A DNA stretch of 54,028 bases. It comes from Catajapyx aquilonaris. Lineage: Eukaryota. The notes beneath the pieces are model-generated. The model had not been told where the DNA came from. It was given only the letters and a program-made list of their open reading frames with translations, and did not search any database. Position 1 is the first letter of the stretch; every line of letters begins with the position of its first letter. A program made the translations under genes and the position numbers. Positions 11,801-24,654 of the stretch are shown in pieces. The DNA lies in the NCBI GenBank assembly GCA_000934665.2, contig JYFJ02002615.1, forward strand, positions 1 through 54,028, read 5' to 3'.

Positions 11801-14800
11801 CACGGAATGCAAAGATAATTTGTAAATCATTCAACATGTATTTTAGTTGGGAACTTTCAATATCACACTAAGCTGACAAGTGAGAGTTGTTGATGCAACC
11901 TGCTTCGCATCGGATTTGTGATGTAATGCTGTACGTAAATAATTTTGCACTAACAAGACAGTGCGGTAAGTGTATTCCTGGGCAGGTATGTCCCCTACTC
12001 CGATTGTGAGTGGCAAGGATTTATTAATTTGGCACGCAAGACTACCGAGCTCAGTGACGTCAACGACAAGTATACTGTATGTTTCCTCCGATGTTTTTTG
12101 GTCTAATGAGACGGTTGTAAAATATGGAAATATTCGGGTTCAATGATCCTTTGATTTAATTATGAGGATACATAATTATACATTATGCATAACTACATTA
12201 TGAGGATTGCACACAAATGAAGGAGCTATAACATGACATCTTGATGGCACAGCAGGTCAGAGGAGTGTTGTATAACTTACCGTATATATGAATACGACAT
12301 AACATTTGTGATGTTATAAAATTAAAGGGAAGTAAATTTCGGACAGATTGATACCCAATGCGGTACCATAAACATCAAGTATCATTTACGAGGGAACAAA
12401 AATACCCACCTAAAGTATAGTGCCGTGGTTCATGACAACAATAATGCCATGCTGTGGTTTTGGGCGTCATTGTTGATGGGTCGGCATATCTTCTCCTGTG
12501 ATGGAGCTCCCCACGTCACGAAATTGGACTCCCCACAGTTGTATTCGACATTCATCGTGTTAAATAACGCATGTCAGACATAAAATGCTTTCCTACTGTT
12601 TCAAAGGGACTTGAATTTTCACATGAGAGAAGGCAAAATATTACATCTAAGGTACACAGTAAGTTATACAATAGTATAGCCTACAACAGTTTCAGCTTGA
12701 CCTGCTGTTTGAATAAGGAAATTAATAATGTGGTTCATAATTGAATTAGTGTTAAGTGAAGACCAAAAATGCATTTAAATATTGCATCACGCGATTTTCT
12801 CCGGGTTGTTGACACAACTTGGAACTATTAGTTAGGGAATGGAATTGGCACCAAATGTTATCACCGTCCAGCAGCTCTGTTGGCTGCAATTATCGAAGTT
12901 AAAGATAGATTATCGCCAAGTCTATTTGATGGGGAAAGTTGTGATGGACTTTTCGTACAATTGATACTAATAACAGTGGCGGAATGGCGCACACGAGGCG
13001 ATTTCTTTCAGTTGGTAATTAGCATTAGGCGGGCGATATATTATGAAGGGCAGCTTTTAGGACCAAGACCTTGGCGTGGTTGTAAGGCCGCTTATTATAC
13101 CTTTTGCGAAATGGGAAGGTGGGAAGCAGATGCTATTCCCAGGTAATTGCAACAGCCAGTGAGAATATTAGAGGGACAAAGCGGTGCATATACCCCTAAC
13201 ATTCGCGGGGCACGTAACCCAGGCAAAGTTTTTTTTGCACTGTTTTGTAAACCCGTAATTGCATTACTCCTTTTTTTTTGCATAACTATAACAGGTATGA
13301 CAGAGCCGTTTATTAGGAGGAAGGGGTGTGCACATTGTCAATTGCTCTGATATTATATGCACAGGATAATACACTTGTCAGCCGCCGTACAAAATAGAAC
13401 TTATGATTTGATTATATTGTCACGGGCTATTTATGCCAAGATTGAACTGTGCTGACGTTTAAAACTTCAGCACCAGCTTGAGGAAAGCTTCCGTCATAGC
13501 TGAAATGGGTGTCAAAAACGGAATGTTTCAATAGGACATCCTGAAAGAATGGTATGGGTGCAAGAAAAAAGTGTATCTGTAAGCATAGTGTCGGTGTAAA
13601 ATGCATAAACCACGATGGCACGACCATTGCGTTCATATAAAAAGTAATTATGCGCAGGTGGGAATTTTGTTTAAATTGACATTTTTTTCTTGCATCCCAT
13701 TTGTTGCCCGTGTTCTATTGGGCCGTCTATAGTTATCCTTGGGCGCTGTACGATGGCTTTTTGATGATATAGAATTATAGATAGTATAGGCATATAACCA
13801 AATTCTGCCTCATCCTATTTTTCATGTGGAAGTTTGCCCATTGACATGAATGGACTATAGGAAACAGACTTGGCAACTACGTATGCAGATTTGAAGCAAG
13901 TGGCTCAGCAAGGATTTTCTCACCGGGAGTTCTAGTTTCTTTGAGGAAGGAGTTTGTAATAAGATTCATGTAAACTATAGTGGTACCATCAGTTACAATA
14001 CTTATTGCACTGATTTCTTATTGATTTTTCCGATAATGTCTCGGGGAATAAGACAAAAAAGCCGTCGAATATGGCGCATTTCAGGATTAAGCTCGATATT
14101 AGTCAAGGCTCAAGAGGTATAGGTTTGGCTAATAAAAAGAAATTGTTTTCGTTGCTTCAGTTTCCCTGTCCAAATATCGTAATAATTTCTCATTACTTTA
14201 TGTGAGAAGTGCGATTTTTCCTTACATGCCTACTGTATATATAGGGAAATAATCTGAGGATTATGCACTTGGAATATAGGTTGCAGGTGTGCTTGTTTTG
14301 TTTTCCATAGTTTTATATTAGTTATGATCCGTAATTTCTTAAGCCTATGCACGAAAGAAATCACCGTTGAAAATTCATCTTGTCGGGGCTTGAACAATAC
14401 AGGAAAGTCAGTTGTGAAAATGGTTCGACGAACAACCATCCTAACCCTGATGTATTATGTCATCAGAGGGAGAAATGACTGCAGGGTATAATTTACGAGC
14501 TGGAGCAAAAGATGAGTGGTGTAGTAAAGAAAGGAATAGTTGTGATCCCCCACCGGTAATAAGGGTCAGGAAAAAAAAGGAAGGATTTCGGGTCGTTACT
14601 GCCCGACTAATGACAACTCCCGACATTTTTGGTGCCGATTATTGTCTGGCTGAGTTTTCAAGACTTTAAAAAACGTGTTCGTAGGTGAGTAACTCCTCCA
14701 AAGGGTCTGCAGTCTTATTTCGAACATTTATTATTTTGTCGGAATTCTTTTCACGTCATTGAGGATAACAAATATTACCAGAAGCGATCAATTTGAAATG

Positions 14801-17800
14801 ACGGCGCACATTGTGATGCGATAGAAAGAAGAATGTGACAGATATCAGTTCTCGTCTGTAATTATGTTTGAAAATGAGCGCAGTTTTTTGCGAGAGGCCC
14901 TATAGATGTAATGTGTAATATATTGTGAGAGTCTGACAGCATTGGCATTTTCTCTTCACATTTTAGATTAATTTCATATGATAAATACCGCTACAGTCTA
15001 GGTAATTCTACATGCGTAACATTAAGAAGGGCTTAGATTGTATAGATTGTATGGATGCTACGCTGTTTTACAATAATTAGTGTCTGCTGTATCCAAAAGA
15101 AAAAGTAGTTCCGGGTAGATTTATACAAAAGTTAGTATTTTGTATAATGCATCTATTGCTATATACACCGAATAATGAGAAATATATCAGCCTGTATAAT
15201 TCATGACAGCTTGGTGCGTATTTCGGCGTATTTAGTAGCAAAACAAGAATGCGATGGCACGTTTTCGCATCTCACTTTCTATTTATTTCTTCAGTGCCTA
15301 CAGAATCCTATAAGGTAATGTAACGACCCATCCCATACCATGATTTTCTGCACCTCTTTGAAGTCAGGACCAAAGACGGAGAAAAAGTCAGCGAATTCCC
15401 GCCTGCAATCAGGGTGTTTCATTGATAGCGGACTCCCAATAAATTACTTATATCATAATTATGATCACCACGACATTTTCTTACAGGTAAATGTCGGTTG
15501 GGATGTGCATATATATGCACCTCTTCACCCATAATATTTTTAAACATAATTAAAACTGATGGGTGAAGAGAACCAGGATATGAAAGCATCCGCACCTGTG
15601 TAAAATGATATCTACAGTATATAGTTCTGTTGATTAGCCTGTTTCGGTACTATTATTTGAATATCCTGCTAGTGAAACCGAGGAGTAGTCAATAAAAAAA
15701 TGTTATTACGAATTTGGAAAAGCAAAATGAAGCCAAAGCAAGATCCAAATACTACTTTTATAATCATATCCAGCCCAATCATAGCTCAAATTTTTCTCTG
15801 TGATGAAACGCTGGTACAATTTCAAAACCAAATTCCGATCCGGCAGAAAATGGGGTTTCTAATAACTGCCTTATCATAAATTACAATTCCTAATATAAAA
15901 CTACAGGTTCTATTCACCCTGCGCCTGAACCTGTAATCGAAAATGGTGGGTACTTATTCTGAAAATATGTCGAAAGTATACTCCATTAGAGTTCATGTTG
16001 TCGTGCTGCCTTTTTGGAGTGTGCATGTTTCACGATATAAGAAAACAAGCTTCTATGCAACTATATACTGACGGTACCTATATATACCATGCGATATTGC
16101 ACTGTGTTTGTGTCTTATACAATATTTCTTAGAATGCGATGGCTAAATGAAAGTATAGGGACAACACGTTTGCTATACGTAAGAATAAATAATTACACTC
16201 GCTACATTATTTTAGTGTTATAATCCATCATGAGTTTGGCAAACGATCTTGCATAGCTTTGTTGCACGTATAGAGTTTGGATTACATTCTATCGCGATAA
16301 AGGGAGCCGGCTATCAAAAAATAAAGGCATACACTTGGTGTTGAGAGGGCTCGACACGGGCTTACAAAATATGGTGTCATGCTGGCTGGGAAAATGCTTC
16401 GATTGACATGGTGTTTGTGTTCTTTGGTATTATAACTGACGAGTTGTGCCATCATCGCACTAGCTACGGGATATTGATGCTTTTAAAAATATAACGTCCA
16501 AACGGTAGGCCCGTTTGCTTTTGAACGCTATAATGTAAAATGGTTTTATAAGGTAGAAAAGTGTAGGTAAAACGAAGTTAGCGAAAAGGCAAACTTGCCT
16601 GCATCATGAACATACATGCGGCTGGCCAGAATGCAATTGGCATATACCTGCCGTATAGCTAAGCTAACCACACGAAGCTCTCTACGATTAAAATCGATGT
16701 ATTTATTGATGGGCACCATTCAATTCCGAGGGGGAATTAGCCGGCGTAATTCCACATTTATTCATAAGTAAATGATCTCTCCTAACATTTTTCTGGGGGA
16801 ACATAGTACACTAACACACCCACTTTATGTCGTAATTATAGGTTACTGTATACTGTCACAACGTGAATTATAAGAAATATACTCCTTTAATAGAAAATTG
16901 TCACAGGTGGTAGTGGGGTGATCTAACGGGTAGGATATTCCATGCATAATTCCCACATTGTCAAAACTTAATTACCTGCTCATGGTATAATGAAGCCTCC
17001 CGGCCAAAAAAAAAAAGTGTACAGAATTTTGGCCTTGGAATGGGGTCAATGAATAGCTCTACCTGTTCATTATGTGGGAGGTACTGACCACCCTATATGG
17101 ACTCCATATTTTGGTGACCATAGCAACGGAAATGAAGTGTGAACAAGTCCTTATAACATGCCATTATTTCAAGCACTCTAATATGCAATATATACGACAT
17201 ATGAAAGTCAATAAAACGTACTTACGACAAACAGACTTTTCCCTGCGGTCTTCATTCGTTTCCTGACCTGAACAGAATCTCGATATTTCCTGGCGCCTCG
17301 AAGCTGCGGAAGTACAACAGGACGTCTTGACGAATCCATTAAAAAAAAAAAGCTCAATCGCTTGTAAAATCGAAATAAAAAAAAAGTCATCATAATCTTG
17401 AATCCCATCTTTCCCCTTCAGGTGGCAATTTTTCTAACCCTTTCCTTGTTCACCCCTCTCGCAAGCAAAGGAGAGAAAAAAATGCCCCTAGTGATCAGAA
17501 CATGAAGATAAAAAATATATATATATATACATGTTAAAAATGGAATGATGAGGAGTCTGTATCGGTACCCATCAGCGTAATGGGGAAGGGTTGAAGTCCG
17601 AATGGCCGTAATAAGATTTAATGGGATTAAGTATGGGGGGGTGCACCCCCAGTCTGCTTGATTGTCTCCTAGATGGGTGGGGGTGGTAGGGGGTGGTATG
17701 GGAGGTGTGGTTGGTTCCTACCCGAAGTCCGCCTCTCAACCTCCCCCCACTACCTGGGACCCCCATACCCACTATGTTTTTATTCCGGAGCGGTATCCTC

Positions 17801-19085
17801 CCGAAGTCGGGCAAATCACAGAGCTTGTGTCGCAGCCTCTGCAATTAGACGCCTGAAGCAGGGACTGTAATTTGCCTCGCCCTGGATATACCCCCCCAAA
17901 AACTACCTGCCGGACCCAATGGCTTCTGATAAAAACCGCTTTTTGCTGGTACACCCCTACAACCCTTCCATTCCGCCCCCACAGATTCCCCCTTGAAAAC
18001 ACTAAAACACCCAACATCAAATTACAGCCAACTTTTTGAGAGTTAAAAGGGGTAAGGTGGACGTCGGAATCTCAACGAGGAGTACAAAAAAGCATAATGG
18101 TAATATGAGTTTAAAAAAAATAGAATTGGGGAGAAAATGGGTATGAAACAATGATTATGGTCATCTGTTTCGAGTTGAAGCTCCCCAAGCACTGTTTTGG
18201 TCCCTTGAAATAACTGACCAGGAAGGTGCAAGTGTTTCATAGGATATTACTTTGCCCGGATAAGGAACTATGTTAATAAATTATAAATATTCTCAATTTG
18301 TTTGATGGGCAGGGTGTATAATTTTCTTTTGAATTTGTGCCTCGTTAGGTTTTTGCAGAAAAAAATTAAAGTTATGATCCAATATTTAGCCTTTTTTATT
18401 AGAGTATCTTCTTGCAGACCTACAACTATATATACAGACTTACTATCGATCACATTTAAAAAATACGTAACAGGAAAGGGATAATGAAAGCTCTGTTGTA
18501 ACTCGAAGCCAACCAATGTGAAGGTCTGGAAAAAGGTACCATTTAGTTATAACTTTATAAACACAGTGGTTTCATGTGCGGCATATACACAAAGACACCG
18601 CTCATGAATAAGGCATCGAATCTTTGCCATGTCATCGTCTACGTCCTTTATTAGTCACATGTAGGTCTAATGCTTTTTACCTGCCCGAATGCGGATCATA
18701 CTGCCTCGGGATTCTCCAATTTGGCGACAACATATTGTAAATTCCCCCATGATACCCCTTGTCAGAGATTGATTCGCCTATTATTGTACAGTATACAAAT
18801 TATATATCATATATTATTAATATCCAGATGAGAAATCGTCCATGCTCACTTGGCAAAGAACCACTACTTACTACTTCGGGATTAAGTGATATTTTAATGA
18901 ATATAATTTCTGGTATAACTTTATAGTCCACCCTTTCATGAAAATGTATCATTTGAATGCATTGTATTGGACTGACAGGTGGATGTTGCCAGAATATTTG
19001 AGCTACTCTGTATAGGGATTCTTGACACGACGGCATATGCGCGACATTGTGCTACAGTCGGGATGTACAGTACGTACTGTATCAA

Positions 19086-19218
19086 CAGTGCAAAAAGAAC
19101 TGTCCCAGTCATCCTGACGTGTGGGCTGGCCGCTCGACACACACCATGTAACTTACATGGTGTGTGTCGAGCGGGCAGCACACACATCAGGATGACTGGG
19201 ACAATTCTTTTTGAACTG
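19086..19218. repeat. Near-perfect 133 bp palindrome with a 1-nt centre at 19152
   Basis: caaaaagaactgtcccagtcatcctga...ccgctcgacacacaccatgtaa-C-ttacatggtgtgtgtcgagcgg...tcaggatgactgggacaattctttttg. Confidence 0.9.
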
Positions 19219-20799
19219 ATGAGTACATAGCAAGGCGATATTTGTACAGGTATATAAATTGTCAGACTATTTTCATTGGATCAAGATGTACTTGTATGAG
19301 GCATGCGGGATACTTTAATTTTATGGTACCATCAGTAATAATGATACAATGTCTCTCTGACCAGAGTTGTATACTGGTTGTTTCTTCAACGTTCAAAGGT
19401 ACTCATTCCAAAGTAATTTGAGTAGCTTCCTCGATTTATAAATATCAGTGGCATAATTCACGCTAGTCACACTTTAGACATTACTGGACATTTAGTTGAC
19501 TCATACACCATTATGTACAGTAGCCTACCTGCTATAACATACGTACACACAAGCAGACATTTCCAGCAGTGTAGAAGTTGTGAATAATTACTCCAACAAC
19601 CACTGTAAAGCGAAACAACAATCACGACAAGTTAGTATGGACCCCAGCATTGTTACTTTTAATGTTTATTTCCCTCTGTGAACTAGTTGTTGGTTGTTGG
19701 GCTATACAATTGAGGATAGGCTACTTGGGACTTGTGCAACACCAGCACGTATCATATTGTTAACTTGTAATTTGTGACAGTTATGCACGATGTAGAGACC
19801 CAGTAGTAAGATTTACAGTCTATTATTTATTTTGTTTACTTCGTTTCATATACCTGCGATGAAGAGAGGGAGTATTGTCTGTAGTATAGGTAAAATTTCT
19901 AGTTTGTTATACAGTATATACTCGTACACTATACTGAAAAAAACTGTAACTGAAAATCAGGCAACTATATACTAATTTTTTATTTTACTTACTTATTTTG
20001 CATAATGTACTTGTGCCACAAAAGTTTTACTGATCCAAGATCGTCTACAAATTTTCCACACTTTTGGATCGAATCTTCTACAGGAAGTTACCCATTTTCA
20101 AAGGCCTTGGCTTCTCCAGGAGTAGCAGCAGCAGTCATCCACCTTGTCCTCCTCCTGTTTGGTCTTCTTCCCTCTAACAGAAGGGAAATTAACATATTGT
20201 GCATGTATATTTTCTCCCCTCTATTCTCCACTAGATTGCCGCGTTTCAGAATTTTTTTTACTATACAATGAAAAAAGAACTTGGTAATCTTTTCCATCTA
20301 TAAGCGGATAATAACGCACTTTGCGTTTATATACTCTGTTATCGCAGCATGATGCGAAGACGCCCATGCCATTTTGTCTACAATATATATTGCTGGGCCG
20401 CAATGATATTGAAATCCTGCACTTATTTGAATAATAATTGCTTTTGGCAATCGATTGATTTTCTTATTACAAGAAGGAATTTGTGTAGGTTGCACGAATG
20501 ATCACTCTTATAAGACTAATGTGAGCTTGATTCATAGCATCAGAGACTATCAACTGCAATAATGGTATTATCAAGAACGCCATCATGAACATGCCTCTTT
20601 GCATTACTTAACATGAAAGGGAATGTACCATGGACGTGATTTTTTTTGTACAAATTACGACGTATAAAAATGCGTTTCGCGCTGGATTCAATTATCCTTA
20701 TTAAAACCCTGGATATTAATACAGAAAAAATGAAGCCCGCCCTGTTGACACAAGGCCGGTGAGAATGGTTAGCATTGCTTTGGTAGCTGCGATTACTAA

Positions 20800-21960
20800 G
20801 CAGAGATACGAGGATATTAATGGCGGCGGATAATTACACCTGAGGAACTGCCCCCTCCACCATTTTCCAGCCCCCATCCGGAGGAGGTATTATTACAGGA
20901 GTGGAACGGATGAACATATAGATAGCCGGAATGAATTTGATACCTCCAGGCTCCTCTTCCTACTGGAGCAGAAGAAAAAAGGAGGAGGACTAACTGCCTT
21001 GTAGGGTATGTTCAACATAAAGATGGAAATGGCGGCTTCTGAACCTGATTGATACGCCGCCGGGAATGTGCAATCTTGTGCTATCGAAATGGGAGCCTTA
21101 TAAGAAGAAGAAGCACGGTCAGTTATCAAATCATGATATGAAACTTGCTCCATCGTCAATGTGAGATGTAAAGGTGAAGGCTCAGTAACTAAAGTGGATC
21201 GTTCTGAATCCAAATCTGTCGGAGCTGTACGTATGTCGGGGACTGACCATTAGGGGATTGCCCTCTAAGGTATAGCATAATACTGTACTTAACCAGAATT
21301 TTAGTTGATAAATGGCTGTACTTCCCGGCCATTAAATCCAGGAATGCAACAGTGCTGGAAATAAAACTGACAAGATTACATTATAAGGAGCAGCTAGTTT
21401 TGTCCCCTGAGTCATCATGTGGGACACACGACAGAAAGATGGTGGAAAGGGGAGGAGGGAGAGAGGGGGGAGAGAGACGGAAAATGGGGTTGTCAAAAAC
21501 GAGATTGTGGGAACGGCCGTCCAAACGAGGGGCCTTGTCGGACAGGAGTATGTTTGTGTGCGACACGCAGCTTATTTCCCGTCCTTTAAAATTCAGCCCG
21601 GAGTTTAGTGACGTCAATCACCGGATTATGAAAATGTCTTGGGGACCCAGTGTAACTACCAGGTGACATGGCGGCCTCAATAGACCCAGGGGCCGGTGGG
21701 ACTTTGACCGCACGTGCCTCTCGTTCTCTACTCATACATTCGGGTTGGAGGGGCAAGAAACTATTGGGAGCAATACATTCGGATAATGCGTGTTTGCCCT
21801 CTCAGATCATGAGGAATTATTTATTACGTCCGTATCTACACACACACGAGGCTTCTTTCGGTGGTATGTTGCACGTGCTCGTGATATATTTTTTGACGTT
21901 ATCAGAGAACTAGTGGTCGGGAATGTTTTCACTTAATCTTTCAGACGAGTGTGTGTATGT
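20800..21960. promoter_or_regulatory. Candidate cis-regulatory (PRE-like) module
   Basis: ATGGCGGC (YY1/Pho core) at 20820, 21029 and 21668; GAGAG run 21459-21477; GTGT run near 21948; TGACGTCA at 21608. Motif evidence only. Confidence 0.3.
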
Positions 21961-23532
21961 CGAGATGTGCTGACTGAGCTTTGTTAGGGACCAGCCTGGT
22001 ATGCGAATCAGTTGAGGTAAAGTAAGATGCTTCATCAAAAATTGACAACATGTTTAAAGGTTTCCTTTCTCGAATATGGATGGTAAAACACTTCAGATTT
22101 GAAGCTGTGTTTTTTTGTACGTCATGGTGTGATATGAGTGTGTATCAAAGCGTATCAAATAAGGAGAAAATCTAATACTTTGTCGGATTATGGGCTATGA
22201 ATTTCTCGTATGAATACATAATCGGAAAATTTTCATACTTTTCTTTCGCACATATGATCTTATCTTCAGCCATTCAAAATGCTACTGCATTACACTAAAA
22301 TATGAAATTTAGCTAAATAGTAGCTTCTAGAGTCTCTCTTTTTTCTTCATTGTGACAAGTAAAAAAAAAAAAGCCAAAGCCCACGAGGATGATTGGAAGA
22401 AGTTATGGATTATTTATATACGGTAGATGTGGGGGTAAATCATAGCCATTTTTTCCAGGACTGCAATCACAGGTTACGATTTTATGTGTATTTAAACTAG
22501 TTGCTGAAGTTAACCATTCATAATGTTTTTCTTTCCTCATAGAGACTTAGACTGAACTTTGGGCCGGAAAAAAAATCGACATTCGTCTCATAGGTTTTGT
22601 GGGATATTTAAAGAAAATATTAAATGGCAGATAATAGCATGTTAATTTTGGTATTCTACACGGGAATATGACAGGGAATATTCTACGGATTAAGAAAGCA
22701 TGCAGCAGGGATGGTTGTGTGAATAACCTGCAGGATAATTTATTTCCTCGTATTACTCACATGATACGAAAATTTCCATGCGATTACTTCCGCATTGACT
22801 AGAAATTGCCAAAATAAACATGAGTAATTTCGTCTTAGAATAATGCAGGAAAAGTAATCAGAGAGAAAGTACGCGCCTTTCGCGCGCCACTCCTGCCATG
22901 TTCGGCACGTCCTCGGGTGCCCTGCACACTTGGCGCAAACTGGTGCCAGTTACGTCAGCATTTTATGCCGCATATTGCGCTGAACTGAAGACACTTGTGG
23001 TATTAGTGGCAAAAAGACCCGCCTCTTGGGCTAGATCTCCACTAACAACGTTTTGCATTGGTGAGTAACTCCCGGATTTGCTTCAGGTAAGGGAGATTAC
23101 TAGGCGCATCGTAAGACCAACATTTGGGCCTGCATATACTGCACATAATTTTTGCGTGAGAAACGCCAATGTTGTATGCGAAGTTTTGGTTATGGTAATA
23201 AACTTATTGGAAATGTATCTTTACATCACAAGTCTACCGATCCTGTTCTACGGGTGATATGCCTTGCAGGATGTTTCCTGCTTTGACTTGTGTGGTGCCA
23301 TAATCCATATTTAATTTCCGTCTCTCGCCGTCAATTGACACCTGGTGAAAAGTTACTTCAGAGTGTTTTGGTCGTATAATAAGTTATGGAATCGCCATAC
23401 CTGAAGCAACTCCGGGAACTGGCGACTCTGAATGGCTCCCTTTTAAAAATTTTACTGCGATATTAAATTTGTGATGAAATTGTGAGAAATTTTATAACAG
23501 CTGCGACTCGATCAGGAATATCACATAACTTA

Positions 23533-23582
23533 ATGATGATGATGATAGCAGCAGAAACAGCAGCAGCAGCAACAACAACAAT
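23533..23582 (+). repeat. Compound trinucleotide microsatellite (ATG/CAG/CAA)
   Basis: atgatgatgatgatagcagcagaaacagcagcagcagcaacaacaacaat. Confidence 0.8.
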
Positions 23583-24630
23583 GGTGAAAATGTTAATTAA
23601 AATATTGTAGATCTTAATTGTTGTTTATTGTTTTGGACAAAAATTGCATTCATTGACCGGTATATTTTTGTACGTACTGTATTAGTGTACTGTATTTGAA
23701 AATTTAATTTGAGTCTGCTTGTACCAAGTGGACTCTTAATTGTTTGCATTTCCGGCTTCAATATGAGGCGGGAAAGGGTAACATGTCGGGAATGTCATGA
23801 GGATGACATAGACGGCCCCAGGCGACCAGGGAAACTTGTCCTATAATTTCAGGATGTATTTATTGAGTCGTTTCGAAAGTTGAAAACTGGGTGTAGGAAG
23901 TTCAACCCAATTTGCCATAAGGTTTCTTAAAAAGTATCATTTGTCAATTAGTAATCCGATTTGTTTCATTTGTACCACGTGGTTACCCTCCACCACAACA
24001 TAACATCTGCCACCCGTTGTGGAGGAATTACCCTCGACATTTCATTCACGAAATAAGGCGTGATGCACAACCCGAATGATATCCTTACAACCTTCATATT
24101 CAGTTGCAATCCGACAACAATAATAACAATGAAGACGTTAAAAATAGACGACAGCTGCGTTCCGGAAGGTTTGGTTCCCTCCCACTTTCCCCTTTCCTCT
24201 CGCCCCATCATCTGTATAGAAAACCGCCTGCAGTGGTGTCATTTTGGTCGTCGAAAGTATGAGTTTGAGAGTCTCCTGATTACAGGAATGGGACTTGGTA
24301 ACAGCTCTGCAATTTAAGACCACAGCAAAGTAGGAAGGGGTTAGACATGAAGGGGTATGGTCGGTCTGGGAGGTGGTGGGAGGGGGTACAAAAATGCAGT
24401 GCATGAAGGATGTTATTGGCACGGGAGGATGTTGCTGGTACCGGCCTGGCTCAGTTTACGTCCGAGAGTGTGAGTGTACGAGTGCACAACAATGCTGATC
24501 CAAAGTGAGTGCAATTTTTTAAAAAGAAATGGTGCGTGTTTGGGTGCATATCCACCTGTTATCTATAATTGCATTGGAGGGAGGCTGCCAATGCTGGTGG
24601 GAGGAGGGCAACATGGCGCCTTCCTTTGGT

Positions 24631-24654
24631 CCCCCCCCCNCCCCCCCCCCCCCC
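24631..24654 (+). repeat. Poly-C tract containing an N (assembly ambiguity or gap)
   Basis: cccccccccNcccccccccccccc. Confidence 0.95.

Noticed and set aside
15727..15879. 50 aa ORF containing QIFLCDETLVQF...RQ, reminiscent of pogo or piggyBac catalytic motifs
   Set aside because: Too short, with no TIRs or further motifs; chance cannot be excluded without a profile search.
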